Shown here one piece after another: positions 31,301-39,164 of a stretch of DNA of 64,000 nucleotides (within the stretch, counting starts at the first letter, position 1; each line of letters starts with the position of its first letter). This DNA is from a virus. Taxonomy: Duplodnaviria > Caudoviricetes. The notes below the pieces were generated by a model. The model was not told the DNA's origin and made no database searches. It saw nothing but the letters and a program-made list of their open reading frames with translations. The stretch is from the IMG/VR virus record IMGVR_UViG_3300044701_002512, positions 1,052-65,051 of that record; one strand, 5' to 3'. Made by a program: the position numbers and the translations under genes.

Positions 31301-31407
31301 CACCTAATGCTGGGTTTGGATTAATTTATGCAGGCAGCACTCTAAATGATGGCAGTTCGTCAAGTATTCCTAATTCCGCTCAAGGTTGGTGGTTAGTGGA
31401 GATCTAA
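19336..31407 (+). CDS. giant tail fibre / virion structural protein (4023 aa)
   Basis: Cyanophage fibre-type N-terminus (MPLTRLDNLISSKSGKYLYVSPDDFNA), CBM5/12-like insert, H-x-F/L-x-x-G-D beta-barrel repeats, helical KCxRDIG repeats, Thr/Asn/Gly-rich C-half ending GWWLVEI. Confidence 0.85.
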   Translation: MPLTRLDNLISSKSGKYLYVSPDDFNASDSLDNRGNSLLRPFKSIQRAFLEAARFSYLPDVDNDRFDQFSIMLAPGEHYIDNRPGIENVADLPIFQYNQSTGEWEANENVSFDLSDPDNILYKFNGREGGATIPRGTSLVGSDLRRTHVRPLYVPDPADKDIPRTALFNVTGGCYFWQFTIFDGDLENTSPLFDVGSPLGIGKVYTQPNDNTNLAIPEFSHHKITNFVFADKEDLGLLYRKIARVFSDYQPAIDDVYVEGSNVPVSESWDSTTAYSVGDRVLYNGKAYVASQISTNVIPSSDENKWNLLVIRSREFDFRVQENRIVGPLQDAIRLDEIKVVDSTPPGIVEVSVRTKINHGFFPGQYVAIANNGLNVSLNGVFKVYSINPIDPKEFTYRIQTTATGLGLVSGTTYTASSAIALDPNATVQAEVDSVESASPYVFNVSIRSTWGICGIWADGRKATGFKSMVIAQYTGVSLQRDDRAFIRYDEFSNTWNQAPLTDAFATTPYHIKGDAYWKDDWRNFHVRASDDSFIQNVSIFAVGFADHFLLESGGDMSITNSNSNFGNTSMHSVGYKGFAFNQDKGGYITDIVPPKALSTLKTIKNQYYVFDVQKSKVSENLTKLYLGSDDAIFPDDRPAATISGYRLGAKRDEKIYVKLDSTGAKEAKLKYSGFKKWVSSLTSLKPTGDDFTVDYNLKQDAANLIESNKEFIQAEAFGYILEKFPDLQNISYVNPNITSETGRYRDASNLIRSNRDEIIQYAYSMMIEAYPNWNANLTGTAADGEKCKRDLGYFVDGLADDLYNGGNAAIVEVTRAYFDGVGDLIDDGLVGEIPQSVYAFRRAKDWAKKAISNLLGSTSILNTQNDAITSSGLVATVTTVDPHNLVAGDIISISGATQSAYNGDFTVLATGLTANSFTVNLPDNPGVTQATGEFYVSTIQIDPNNNDNPAGRYKDASGLITANRQEIIDRAEAAIALSHPDFYYPGDAQTNAFSRYKDSYRLIQLNKQEIIDRAAAEIAIQHPDFYYPGDAQTLSSSRYKDAYRLIQLNRQEIINGAYAQIAISHPGFVNPDPAKCQRDIGYFIDAISLDISLENSNQYSRKFIQQYFNQAGNAWITNGLQGEETQSNTAFNKARDLMKLAVANQLTVKDLTVTADPLTGSNTDPASCANVQLAITTLTTIVTSSVSAGNLSSLPAENTGTVPEGEVKCKRDIGFFIDAVSLDLSILGNVYSRKFALQYFDENLDPLSNGLVGEEAESIVAFNKARDMMKLAVANQLYSKDLTLTADPLTGSNTDPASCDDVQASITTLTNIVTTAVSSGDSTDVTDITETRGTPLDGEAKCRRDIGFIVDSIAQDLFWGGNEFTVDATREYYANATTLLTNGLVDEVTESVTAFNAARDAAKKAVTNQLYSKNFNLSFGPPSYSVGGSDVTYNESGNASTCIDVQDSITNLFGIVTTTLVAGNLNNLPVVTNGSYDCANVRYTIDTLSHILITALSNGNLSDLPVVNPGQWSQVSEASKCKRDIGYIVEAVVSDLRLGGNENVINAAEAYYTAIPLANDTTDGNQDGFTLDYIENEKTETLEAWKYVRNLAISAMRNHDTYITGASTVSGSSIVTVPSTIGLAIGMKVESVNTIPADQNTVVSQTSTIPDNAYIKKIGDGQNGLAANQIQLGVYGSRFDLGTTVNATSTLPSVNLYVKLETGVWSTDLEPTTDEAVIQDYNYTALGDGSISSPGGECASVVDGIIIYFNIIDTILNSGIGTVPRVPSVLSTASLAQRATLFNLVEKDSQGNNTTNPHDMETGTPVRLVPRAKKGTNPDKRLIRLPKGFDTNTTYYVIAPGRKTDPFDYSNSIGFNGDNQQTLLLATSEENSCAGIYIYSPETDSIDKDVEIDVYQYLLDTNYDLHRYQTNLLSGSSTILETDRPHVFDVPSDNITPQRVFFRTGADITGSSLPTLASNFGGTVVDPQTYYYARYSGTKTFTIHLTFTDAIDNINPVTFAPGSTAQFYTYADKRRSPLKYDAAVGDEGLWYIETLESGNQILPRIKQSDYETRLRTTDSWYERIEDNRTPEDRIYRFRYVIPKNLKTVRDPLNGFVFKIRTDEKRRLLPQKIVLKPTAAGNTVATFNAPTSGERLGLTKTELVTLDPNFVSTYDPYNSTYAKRIETTSKVAFTIQSAKKKEIQGKEYLELTVFDIGVDNNDYKTKLFTTVKIDAPEGGDGIFVNSIANSNNTNKVTWDGNSKGTAYVHSYFAYENNYYMILKDFSGNSEINYSPFTETVFTQGDVTATLLENPNGGRNDIKNNLYVIEGANTYTVTPGDTVNDDNGVSYTVASVEDVSDMESTFYIFDIDEIRRRIPGQQDGVYYLTCVRGDISPYPTGSGVGTNFKNFKFSQPISKIYPEFYKNDPEWYKGIDPESETLLDPPATISAADNYVHGLVTVNDAKGSLTKETILDFIADPGTGSYTYSGENAVQAQNGSASAGSESRKIPIGGDSDYPLEQKVYLELRRPSIARSGNHTFEYLGFGPGNYSTGFPARQEVVLTDTQDFYAQAKRENAGIVFYTGLNSNGDLYIGNRKINAITGEETFLESAQLVESADDADNIGTLVTTFDSPVTFNDIITVNGVDGSGESTFNSPLIINNATAFGTTENYPSLKVVTGSGTAVGYDAYLEFNISGQKTGDILIHQNTVTSAIFDFNTRGSQDYTMRVALSNRAPDFANTFGTTTNGPTQTQNTNFGSKSPLKSGDMQFKGLQTLFTGSLGWIFANDYVSITTNSTSENPDPQLLGIQGSETGTKIRLNYNTGVSNNSLGITASSQIRIQGATGSLVNLNGVWSVVSDEVDPFDGAADSVVVRINTNLPVFDINQNNANGYPVNSVAQPSIEVASSRTAFKEFGVIGAEVIRTETSTYGDFKLGINTVARAAHSAYQTAWVSEETEPRANLDVVGNTYISGRSVPKFLTETTNAKTELAVRDAFIVGGNSETPGISSALRVATTSLTIQSYNNTSTTSCTITTVESHGLSSVDTTWFANVEFKDGPNSTKSGVYRVTAVSGTNTITITNQTGYELSGLTVGNTAYATGNITLTRGNQTNSYTVNESVTGSLYGRLGVNTTLPVLLEQLTKTGSTVTVLTRVPHGFFDGENVKISVSTSGYTQFSSNSVTITNCTEDTFDFTTTDTTSNFNATTVTGYVSNEALLDREFVVRGDGRLTGNLEVKGNTTISGTNLDTTNTTLNLYNTTATTVNAFGDVLSLDIGNNSATTGTQTIDIGNYAATQTLTVGDAATTSNLYIHRNSKTSVIDIGTVSQGTLSGGVLHNSQVTIGGAWNNTTGFFRVGNRNSIFDSDSIEIGAGPSITSSQFVRIFTQANELRLFDTGGASIVQLCRNAGELSIASDGGTTTINNSLLVKASQQVDGNIILNGGLNSGTVEVVRGAWGTTAVSHSEGSIQNRNIDFYKYTIINKNIDAGSSTYWGGTQFQVSGSTTSEYFLGLDQIATANDFSVGDYILVDRARHTAQIAFVARNSNVTTITTTKAHGFTTGLKVEIDCSDNNFDIALSSNVTITVTGDNTFTFSQTGTNVSQAAATGTVKQPDNQAKSELLKVTEITNISNTADPNGLRIKVLRAQDGTVLRTDHPDGVLLSKFVKFDNASWIINDGGINTTEDEVTTAEFGGAITTNDYLRLSDLEIVKVAALLDNNIQVLRLTDGGDPAVTKFEVESTTGSLTAVGSIAFGLGADASFGNTLAGKFTVAASSGNTNIAGTLTVENTLTLNGSTTVNTQFFKITNGAASPAIKFQVDTANGNTIINGGNFNIFAEDGTTSKLSLNNSSGDIVVAGTLSANGSGTNTYAGNLLVNGSGTQGGNLTVQQDSVTRFKVNNTGTIDLGGITSYYGTTGARRWVYVNATVTTAVANVNYFVAPSAITLIKLPTNPVTGDMIRFVDIGGNLTYNVSLVMRAPTGIAVQGDVSNTGSTILGGTFTSSLSGYDGGELVIQTPNAGFGLIYAGSTLNDGSSSSIPNSAQGWWLVEI
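22273..22430 (+). repeat. 29-bp direct repeat (22273-22301 / 22402-22430)
   Basis: CATCCTGATTTTTATTATCCTGGAGATGC twice, 129 bp apart. Confidence 0.9.
22801..23236 (+). repeat. 43-bp direct repeat (22801-22843 / 23194-23236)
   Basis: GCAGATCCTTTAACAGGAAGCAACACAGATCCAGCATCTTGTG twice, 393 bp apart. Confidence 0.9.
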
Positions 31408-31408
31408 T

Positions 31409-32668
31409 ATGGCATTTTATCAAGCAGAACGCACAATGAAATCTGCTGCCATTGGCACAATCATGCCGTGGACAGGAGATTTCGGTGCTATTCCTAGAGG
31501 TTGGTTGGTTTGTTCTGGGCAAACTATAGTTGCTAAAGAATATCCTTTGCTTGCTCAAGTTATTGGAACTCAATATGGAATATCAAGTGGATTTGGGGGA
31601 ACTTTTCCTGATTATACAGGAACAATATTTTTGCCAAATTTAAATGATAAACATTTAGCAAATATTGATACAGATTATTTTGTTGCTGGTCAAACAGTAG
31701 ATAATACATCTACAGATAATGCAGAAGCTTTAAACGTGGTTACTAATTATATTGGGGAAAACGAAAATACTGGTTCTCTACCTCCTATTGTTAGTGATGC
31801 TTATACCGATATTGTATTAAATTACACAGCAGAAAATGATTTCTCAGGTCAATTTACTGGATATAGTATTATCGCTGGCGAATCGGAAAGATTGATTCAC
31901 ATTTCTCCCAGAAAATTAGGTAGACGCCATATCCTAGGGCATAATCATTCTGGGAAAATTGAAACTATTTCTGGAGTTTCTAATGAAAGACCAGGAAAAG
32001 GAGTTATTCCTTGGTCAAATATTACTTTTGAAGTACGAGATTATTTTTATGCTTTTGGTCCAGAATATAATTTTACTGCAAATCCTGGTCCTAATGGATT
32101 TAGTAATGGTTTTGGAGGAACATCATTCGGTAAAATTTTAGCAAACGTCGAAAGTTCCGATAACAATAGTAATGTTGTTGCCAACAACGTTGCTAGTGCC
32201 AGCGCCCACCCAATTGCAAACTGGTTGGGGAATAGTTCAGGAAAAACTTTTTCTAATACAGTTAATTATGATGGAGTATTGAATAGATCGGAATCAATTC
32301 CTTATGGTTTTGGTGGGTCTAATGTAACAATTCCACAAAGAAATTATGATCCAGGTGGAACAAATAGTGGAGTATCTGATTCTAATACTTCAGGTAATAA
32401 AGTTCTATATAATAAAAGTTCTATAGATTTTAATTTTAATGATACAAATGCTACGGGTGGAGCAGATCAATATATAACACCACACACTCATGATTCTTTT
32501 GATTGTGTTTACGATCCAGCAAATTTAAAATTGCCAAATAAAACTTTAGCAAATTCAGTTACATCAAATATAACTCCTGATAATGCTGCTGGTATAGCTG
32601 CTTTGAATTTGACAGCAGTTCTGGCACAACCTAATGTAATTTGTTTGTATTTAATCAGGGCATTCTAA
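31409..32668 (+). CDS. tail collar domain protein
   Basis: IGTIMPW...IPRGWLVCSGQ...YPLLAQVIGTQYG...LPNL; HxH motifs; ends YLIRAF. Confidence 0.85.
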   Translation: MAFYQAERTMKSAAIGTIMPWTGDFGAIPRGWLVCSGQTIVAKEYPLLAQVIGTQYGISSGFGGTFPDYTGTIFLPNLNDKHLANIDTDYFVAGQTVDNTSTDNAEALNVVTNYIGENENTGSLPPIVSDAYTDIVLNYTAENDFSGQFTGYSIIAGESERLIHISPRKLGRRHILGHNHSGKIETISGVSNERPGKGVIPWSNITFEVRDYFYAFGPEYNFTANPGPNGFSNGFGGTSFGKILANVESSDNNSNVVANNVASASAHPIANWLGNSSGKTFSNTVNYDGVLNRSESIPYGFGGSNVTIPQRNYDPGGTNSGVSDSNTSGNKVLYNKSSIDFNFNDTNATGGADQYITPHTHDSFDCVYDPANLKLPNKTLANSVTSNITPDNAAGIAALNLTAVLAQPNVICLYLIRAF

Positions 32669-32669
32669 G

Positions 32670-33560
32670 ATGGCAAATTATACCAGAGAAAAAGCAAAAC
32701 ATGGTGGTATGGTAGGAACCATACAAATGTTAACTACTTCGTTGTATGGATACAATAGTCCTTTGGATTCTAAATTTAAAACAGTTATACCTGCTGGATA
32801 TTTAAAATGCAATGGAGCAATTTTAAAAGCATCTGATTATCCTGCTTTAGCAGCAGTTTTGGGAACTGGTGCAGATTGTAAATTTTTGAAAGAATCTAAG
32901 AGAGATCAAGTAGATTCTACAAGATTTATGTTGCCAGATTTGGGATCTAAAGTGATAGTTGGTGGGAGTGGAACAGGAACTTATCAATTTGATTTTACTG
33001 ATGATGGTAAATATAAAGTTGGTATTGGCGTAGAAATAACATCTAACGTTGGTAATGAAATTTCTTTTAATTATAGTGGCAACTTTGCTGTTCCTGCTGT
33101 GGATGCTAATGGATCTTCTGGGTTAGCACTTTTGGGGAATAGTAAATATATTATTGCTAAAGCAACGGAAACATTTGAATTAAATGAGGAAAATTTTCAA
33201 GGTCATGGTCATGGAGGGAATCAAACGGTCTTAAATTATACTGGGCCTCATACTTCTGCTCAATCTGGAAACACTAAGAATAGTGCTACGGATGAATCTG
33301 GTGGCGATGGCGCTAATTCATCTGGTCAAAATATTTTAGAGGAAGTTGCTGAAAATAATGCACCCGCAGCAGGCGCTGGTCATACTCATAGAATAACCAG
33401 ACCTACAACATATTCTCAGAATTTTAAGTATGGTTATAGTGCTTTTAATGTTAGTCCCGAAAATATTGTCACTAATGTTTCTGTAAAAACAAAGGGAGTG
33501 GATAAATTAGATGAAGCAGTTCAACCATTCATGTTAGTAGAATACATTATTAAGTTCTAA
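32670..33560 (+). CDS. tail collar domain protein
   Basis: VGTIQ...IPAGYLKCNG...YPALAAVLG...FMLPDL; HxH motifs; ends YIIKF. Confidence 0.85.
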   Translation: MANYTREKAKHGGMVGTIQMLTTSLYGYNSPLDSKFKTVIPAGYLKCNGAILKASDYPALAAVLGTGADCKFLKESKRDQVDSTRFMLPDLGSKVIVGGSGTGTYQFDFTDDGKYKVGIGVEITSNVGNEISFNYSGNFAVPAVDANGSSGLALLGNSKYIIAKATETFELNEENFQGHGHGGNQTVLNYTGPHTSAQSGNTKNSATDESGGDGANSSGQNILEEVAENNAPAAGAGHTHRITRPTTYSQNFKYGYSAFNVSPENIVTNVSVKTKGVDKLDEAVQPFMLVEYIIKF

Positions 33561-33562
33561 AA

Positions 33563-35509
33563 ATGCCAACATTCGATACTGGATCAAACGGAGCAACATT
33601 AGCTCTTCCAACTGGCACAAAGGGATTTTCCTATACAATTTTTGGTGGAGCAGGTGGATCGGGTGGTAATGATGCAGGCGGCCCTGGTGGCGCTTCTGGT
33701 GATGGAGCAAAATTATCAGGAACTGCTGTATTAACTTCTACGGGGCAAACATTAACTTGTTATGTTGGTGGGGGCGGTCAGGGTGGTAATAATGGATCTA
33801 CTGGAACTGGCGGTGGACCTGGCGGAACTGGATCTCTTCCTGGTGGAACTGGAGGAAATGCAGGTGGTAGTGGATCTTCAGGAGCAGGAGGAGGAGGTGG
33901 CGGCGCGTCTGCTATTCTTTGGGGCAGCACTTATATTTGTATTGCTGGTGGTGGCGGCGGCGGAGGCGGCGGTAGCTTAAACTCTGGAACTGGTGGAACT
34001 GGCACGGATGGATCTAGTAAAACTTTAAGCACAACCATAAGTGCTAGTGGTGGTGGTAATGGCACCAACAAATCTGGCGATGGATCTGGTGGTGGCGCTG
34101 GCGGCGGTGGATCGCCAGGTGGTGCTGGCGGCGGCGCTGGGCAAGATAATTCTTTTAGTGCAGCTGGCGGTCAGGCAGGAACTTCTGCTTACAATTCTAC
34201 ATATCACCCATCAGCACCTACTTTATCTGATACTGATAGCGAATCATATGGTTATAGTATAGGTGGAAGTAATTCTGATGGAACTGGGGGTAGAGTAATT
34301 ATTACTTATCCTGAAATTAATTTTTATGGTATTGCTGTTGGAACTGGAACTTCTACACAAGGGAACGTTACAGGAACAGTTGGTGAAAGTGTGGAATTAA
34401 CATGGGTTACTAATACAGCAGGTAATGTTTTAATCAACGGTGTTAATCAAGGAAACGGAACAGATGGTCAAGCATACACAGCAATTTATACAGGAGTTGG
34501 CGCTGGAACAACTACCTATACTATAGTTGCCCAATATAATGGTATTGATGGTGCTACTCTTAGTAGATCAGTAACTTTATATCAACCACCTGTAATTGAT
34601 ACTTTTACAGCATCACCTTCATCATATGTAACTACAAATAATTCAATATCATTATCGTGGACAACAACAAATGCTACAAGTATTTCTTTAACTGTTAATG
34701 GAAGTTCATTAATATCAAATTCCAGCAATGTTGATAGTTCAACAACATATACTCCAACTACAGCTGGAACTTATAGTTTTGTTTTAACTGCTGTTAACCA
34801 AGCAGGAGGCACTGCAGGAACTATTACTTCTACAGTTAATGTTGAAGCGGTTCCTCCACCAACTATTGATTCTTTTTCTGCAGATCCAAACCCAGCAGAT
34901 CAAGATACGCAATTTAAATTAATATGGACTACGAGTAATGCAAATACCATCTCAATTAATCAAGGTGTTGGATCTAATTTACCTGCAGATGGAGAATCGC
35001 AATTAACTGCTACTGCTCCTACTTCTGGTGCTGGAGCATATCCTGGAGCACCTACATACGGAGACGGATATAGAGATTATACTCTAACTGCTACAAATCT
35101 TGCAGGAACTAGTGTCACAGATACTGAAAGAGTATATGTAAATCCTCAACCACCAATTCCAGATTTTTCTATAACTCCATCCACAATTGATTATGGGGAA
35201 ACTGTAACTATAACGTGGAGCAATGATTATACAACATCAGCATCTATAGATCAAGGTGTTGGAACGCTTTCTCCCGCTAGTTCTGGATCTGCTACGAAAA
35301 CAATTACTGGAAATATTCAAGATTTTGTAGATAATTCTTCCGTTACATTTACCATGAGTGTCGCTGGATTTGGTGGAACAGATACAGCAACATATTCAAT
35401 TACTGTTAATGTCGATACAACTCCTGATACGTGGACATTTAGCAATAAAACAGGAGCAACCATAGATACTACTTACTACGCAAGTAGTCTCGGAACTTCG
35501 CCGTTATAA
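33563..35509 (+). CDS. fibre tip/adhesin-like protein 1 (Gly-rich domain + Ig-like repeats)
   Basis: Polyglycine N-domain; P.IDSF...L.WTT Ig-like repeats; shared C-terminus. Confidence 0.75.
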   Translation: MPTFDTGSNGATLALPTGTKGFSYTIFGGAGGSGGNDAGGPGGASGDGAKLSGTAVLTSTGQTLTCYVGGGGQGGNNGSTGTGGGPGGTGSLPGGTGGNAGGSGSSGAGGGGGGASAILWGSTYICIAGGGGGGGGGSLNSGTGGTGTDGSSKTLSTTISASGGGNGTNKSGDGSGGGAGGGGSPGGAGGGAGQDNSFSAAGGQAGTSAYNSTYHPSAPTLSDTDSESYGYSIGGSNSDGTGGRVIITYPEINFYGIAVGTGTSTQGNVTGTVGESVELTWVTNTAGNVLINGVNQGNGTDGQAYTAIYTGVGAGTTTYTIVAQYNGIDGATLSRSVTLYQPPVIDTFTASPSSYVTTNNSISLSWTTTNATSISLTVNGSSLISNSSNVDSSTTYTPTTAGTYSFVLTAVNQAGGTAGTITSTVNVEAVPPPTIDSFSADPNPADQDTQFKLIWTTSNANTISINQGVGSNLPADGESQLTATAPTSGAGAYPGAPTYGDGYRDYTLTATNLAGTSVTDTERVYVNPQPPIPDFSITPSTIDYGETVTITWSNDYTTSASIDQGVGTLSPASSGSATKTITGNIQDFVDNSSVTFTMSVAGFGGTDTATYSITVNVDTTPDTWTFSNKTGATIDTTYYASSLGTSPL

Positions 35510-35518
35510 ATTTGAGAT

Positions 35519-37288
35519 ATGCCAACAGTTAATTTTACATCACCTGGAACATCTACGTGGGCAATACCCTTTGCAGTAACACAAGTAACAATTACTTGTA
35601 TTGGTGGAGGTGGATCTGGATTTAATGATACCGATGGAGACGGTGACGGCGGCGGCGGCGGTGGTGGTGGATTTTGTCGTGCAACTGTAAATATTACATC
35701 CAGTTCATCTCTATCTGTTAGAGTTGGTTCTGGTGGAAAAGCTCCATCAGGAGATGGTGGGGAGAATGGATCAAAATCTGAAGTAACTGGAACTGGATTT
35801 TTTGTTACTGGCGCTGGTGGTGAAAGAGGAACAGATGATTCTGGTGGTGGAACTGCTGGCGGTAATGGTGCTAGTGGAACTCCAATTATCAGTTCTGTTG
35901 GAAATAATGGGCAAAATGGAACTGATGATGATAACGGTGGATTGGGTGGTGGTGCTGGGAACCAAAATAATAATTCTGGAAGAGGTTCTGGTGGTGGAAA
36001 TGGAACAACATTAAGTGGCACAAATGCAAATAATGGTGGAAATACAAATGGGGGAAATTATGGTGGAGGTGGGAGAGGTAACCAAGGTGGACCTGCTGGC
36101 GATGGTGGAGATGGTGCTGTTCGTATAGAATATAGTTTTGCTGCACCAACAATTGATAGTTTTACTAAATCGCCAACTAGTAATATTAACGTAGGTGATA
36201 GTGTTAATCTTGCTTGGACTACATCTTATGCTGACAATGTTTCGATAAACAATGGGGTTGGCACAGTTGCTGTAGATGGTAATACTAATGTATCGCCTAC
36301 ATCTACAACAACATATACATTATCTGCTAGTGGTCCTGGCGGTGGTCCAGTAACTTCATCTCAAACTGTTACTGTTTGTCAAAATCCAGTTATTACTTCT
36401 TTCACGGTAAGTGATAGTGTTATAACCACAGGAGATACTGTCACTCTTTCTTGGACTACTACTGGAACTACTAATGGATCTAGATCTATTAATCAAGGTG
36501 TAGGTTCAGTGGCAGCTTCTGGTTCCGTCACAGTTACTCCCCCCAATGGCACAACTGTATATACTTTAACTGCTAACAATTGCGCTACTAAATCAGTTAC
36601 TGCTACTGTTGAAGTAACTGCATATCCAGCTCCTACAATTGATTCGTTTTCAAATAATCCAACAATACCAGATCAAGATACTCAATTTACTTTAACGTGG
36701 TCTACAAGTAATGCTACTGGTAGCGTTTCCATCAATCAAGGAGTTGGCAGCAATTTAGCACAAGATGGATCGGCACAGATAACAGCTACAGTTCCTACTT
36801 CTGGTGCTGGTTCTTATCCTGGAGCACCTACATATGGTGATGGATATAGAGATTACACTCTAACAGCATGTAATCCAGCTGATAGTTGTGTTACAAGTAC
36901 TTTGAGAGTTTATGTAAATCCACAACCACCAAATATTACTTTATTTCAGGTAGAACCACAAACAATTAATTTAGGAGAATCAGTTACTTTTTCTTATACT
37001 ACTACTTATGCTCTTACTGGTAGTATTAATAATAGTGTTGGTTCGGTAACTCCTATAGCAAGTGGAACCAAGACTTTTACCCCAACAGGAAATATACAAG
37101 ATTTTGTTGAAAATAGTAGTATAAGTTATACTTTATCTGTGGAGGGATATGGTGGAACAGAAACACAAACTACTCCAGTAACAATTTTAATAGATACAAC
37201 TCCAAATCCCTGGGTTTTTACTAATAAAACTGGTGCAATTATAAACACTACATATTACGCAAGTAGTAATACAACAACTCCATTGTAA
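35519..37288 (+). CDS. fibre tip/adhesin-like protein 2 (different Gly-rich domain + Ig-like repeats)
   Basis: FTSPGTSTWAIP..VTQVTITCIGGGGSG start; C-terminal ~200 aa paralogous to both neighbours. Confidence 0.75.
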   Translation: MPTVNFTSPGTSTWAIPFAVTQVTITCIGGGGSGFNDTDGDGDGGGGGGGGFCRATVNITSSSSLSVRVGSGGKAPSGDGGENGSKSEVTGTGFFVTGAGGERGTDDSGGGTAGGNGASGTPIISSVGNNGQNGTDDDNGGLGGGAGNQNNNSGRGSGGGNGTTLSGTNANNGGNTNGGNYGGGGRGNQGGPAGDGGDGAVRIEYSFAAPTIDSFTKSPTSNINVGDSVNLAWTTSYADNVSINNGVGTVAVDGNTNVSPTSTTTYTLSASGPGGGPVTSSQTVTVCQNPVITSFTVSDSVITTGDTVTLSWTTTGTTNGSRSINQGVGSVAASGSVTVTPPNGTTVYTLTANNCATKSVTATVEVTAYPAPTIDSFSNNPTIPDQDTQFTLTWSTSNATGSVSINQGVGSNLAQDGSAQITATVPTSGAGSYPGAPTYGDGYRDYTLTACNPADSCVTSTLRVYVNPQPPNITLFQVEPQTINLGESVTFSYTTTYALTGSINNSVGSVTPIASGTKTFTPTGNIQDFVENSSISYTLSVEGYGGTETQTTPVTILIDTTPNPWVFTNKTGAIINTTYYASSNTTTPL

Positions 37289-38697
37289 AATAAGTATCTG
37301 TTATGGCAAATTTAAGCATTACTTACTATCCTGGAGTAAATTTTACTTTTTCTGAACTTACTGGCACAAAAATAAATGGATCGGGTGAAGGTGCTCCAGG
37401 AACTACTCAAGGAGATGATAATGGCGAAGTTGGTGGTATGGTTACACCAACAGGTAATTCATATTTAATGATGGGAACATGGAGTAGCCCAAGAGTTTCG
37501 AATAGATCTGCTTATGGTCTTTGTAATTTAAAATATTGTGAAAGTATAACATGTAAAGTTAGAGCTGGTAATGATTCGAATGGTCATGAAAGACCTAATA
37601 ATTCTGGTGAAGATTTTTATCTAGCTGTTTCTGATGGTGGATTTAATGTATTAGCATATTCCTGGGGTAGTTCTGGGTCAAGTGCATATGGAGGAGGAGA
37701 TGGAGCAAAAGATACCTATTGGGAATCTTGGAGAGATGTTACAGTTACTGTTCCTTCTAATAAAAGACAAACTAATGGATATTTAACTTTTTCTTCAAAT
37801 ATCTCTTCTAGTCCTGAATTCAGTAGCACTGGTGGAGTTGGCAGTGCAAATTTACAGAATGCTGGTGATGTGTATGCTTTAGCATCATTCACATTAAACT
37901 TACAGATTCCAACTCCAGGAGCTCAATTAACTACAAATAAACAGTATCTTACAGTTGGTATAGATTCTCCAACCCTTAGTTGGACGGTTTCTGATGCAGA
38001 ATCTCAACCATCATTAACAGAATTTTCTACTTTTCCAGACAGTCAACTTGATGATCCAGCAAATAATAATATTGGATCTGGATCTGGAACTAGGGTTCCT
38101 TTATTAACAGGATTGTTATCTACTACAGGAACAAAAACATATACTTTATCAGTAACAAATAGATTATCAACAACTACAGCTAGTGTTGATGTGACAGTAG
38201 TTGGAGTTCCAACTGCAACACTTTCTATCAATGGAGTATCATCACCAAATCAAGCAGAAGTTAGTGTTGGTGATAGTGTAACTCTTTCTTGGACTTCTAC
38301 TTGGGGAGGTGGCGGCGGTTTAGCTAGTAGAAGCATTGATAATGGTGTGGGTAGTGTTGCTGCAAGTGGAACTACTACTAAAGTTATTACAACTGCAGGA
38401 TTGAATACATTTACATTTACTGTTGTAAATTCTGCAGGATATACTGTAACAGCAGTTGCTTATGTGCAAGCATATCCATTGCCTACAATCGATTCGTTTT
38501 CAAATAATCCAACAATACCAGATCAAGATACTCAATTTACTTTAACGTGGTCTACGAGTAATGCCACAGGCAGTGTTTCTATTAATCAGGGGGTTGGCAG
38601 CAATTTAGCACAAGATGGATCAGTTCAATTAACTGCTACAGTTCCTACTTCTGGTGCTGGTTCTTATCCTGGAGCACCTACATATGGTGATGGATAT
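36641..38697 (+). repeat. identical blocks shared by tip genes 2 and 3 (offset 1850 bp)
   Basis: 36641-36705 = 38491-38555 (65 bp); 36785-36847 = 38635-38697 (63 bp). Confidence 0.9.
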
Positions 38698-39138
38698 CGT
38701 GATTATACGTTAACAGCATGTAATCCAGTAGATGCTTGTGTAACTGAAACTCTAAGAGTTTATGTAAATCCACAACTACCCAATATTACTTTATTTCAGG
38801 TAGAACCTAATATAGTTGATTTTGGTGGAACAGTAACTATATCTTGGACAACATCATATGCGTTAAGTGGTAGTATTGATCAAGGGGTTGGAACTGCAAC
38901 ACCAATTAGTTCTGGAACTAAAACAAAAACTATTACAGGAAATATTCAAGATTTTGTAGATAGTTCTTCGGTTACTTTTACTATGAGTGTTTCTGGATAT
39001 GGTGGAACCGATAGTGCAAGTTATCCTGTAACTGTAAATATTGATTCAACTCCAAATTCTTGGGTTTTTTCAAATAAAACTGGTGCTACAATAAACACAA
39101 TTTATTATGCAAGTAGCAATACTTCCACACCCCTATAA
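37303..39138 (+). CDS. fibre tip/adhesin-like protein 3 (non-Gly beta-sandwich N-domain + Ig-like repeats)
   Basis: Distinct N-domain (RAGNDSNGHERP..GEDFYL); same C-terminal block. Confidence 0.75.
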   Translation: MANLSITYYPGVNFTFSELTGTKINGSGEGAPGTTQGDDNGEVGGMVTPTGNSYLMMGTWSSPRVSNRSAYGLCNLKYCESITCKVRAGNDSNGHERPNNSGEDFYLAVSDGGFNVLAYSWGSSGSSAYGGGDGAKDTYWESWRDVTVTVPSNKRQTNGYLTFSSNISSSPEFSSTGGVGSANLQNAGDVYALASFTLNLQIPTPGAQLTTNKQYLTVGIDSPTLSWTVSDAESQPSLTEFSTFPDSQLDDPANNNIGSGSGTRVPLLTGLLSTTGTKTYTLSVTNRLSTTTASVDVTVVGVPTATLSINGVSSPNQAEVSVGDSVTLSWTSTWGGGGGLASRSIDNGVGSVAASGTTTKVITTAGLNTFTFTVVNSAGYTVTAVAYVQAYPLPTIDSFSNNPTIPDQDTQFTLTWSTSNATGSVSINQGVGSNLAQDGSVQLTATVPTSGAGSYPGAPTYGDGYRDYTLTACNPVDACVTETLRVYVNPQLPNITLFQVEPNIVDFGGTVTISWTTSYALSGSIDQGVGTATPISSGTKTKTITGNIQDFVDSSSVTFTMSVSGYGGTDSASYPVTVNIDSTPNSWVFSNKTGATINTIYYASSNTSTPL

Positions 39139-39141
39139 ATA
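39134..39141 (+). promoter_or_regulatory. T4-type late promoter overlapping stop codon of tip gene 3
   Basis: TATAAATA, then GAGG RBS before ATG 39165. Confidence 0.8.
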
Positions 39142-39164
39142 ACTTAGAAGAGGAATAAAATAAC

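Noticed and set aside
33600-36150. GC-rich island or alternative-frame ORFs
   Set aside because: Explained by GGN codon runs of the glycine-rich domains.
33563-39138. Shufflon or diversity-generating retroelement
   Set aside because: All copies are direct full-length genes; no invertase or reverse transcriptase in the window; differences are not adenine-specific.
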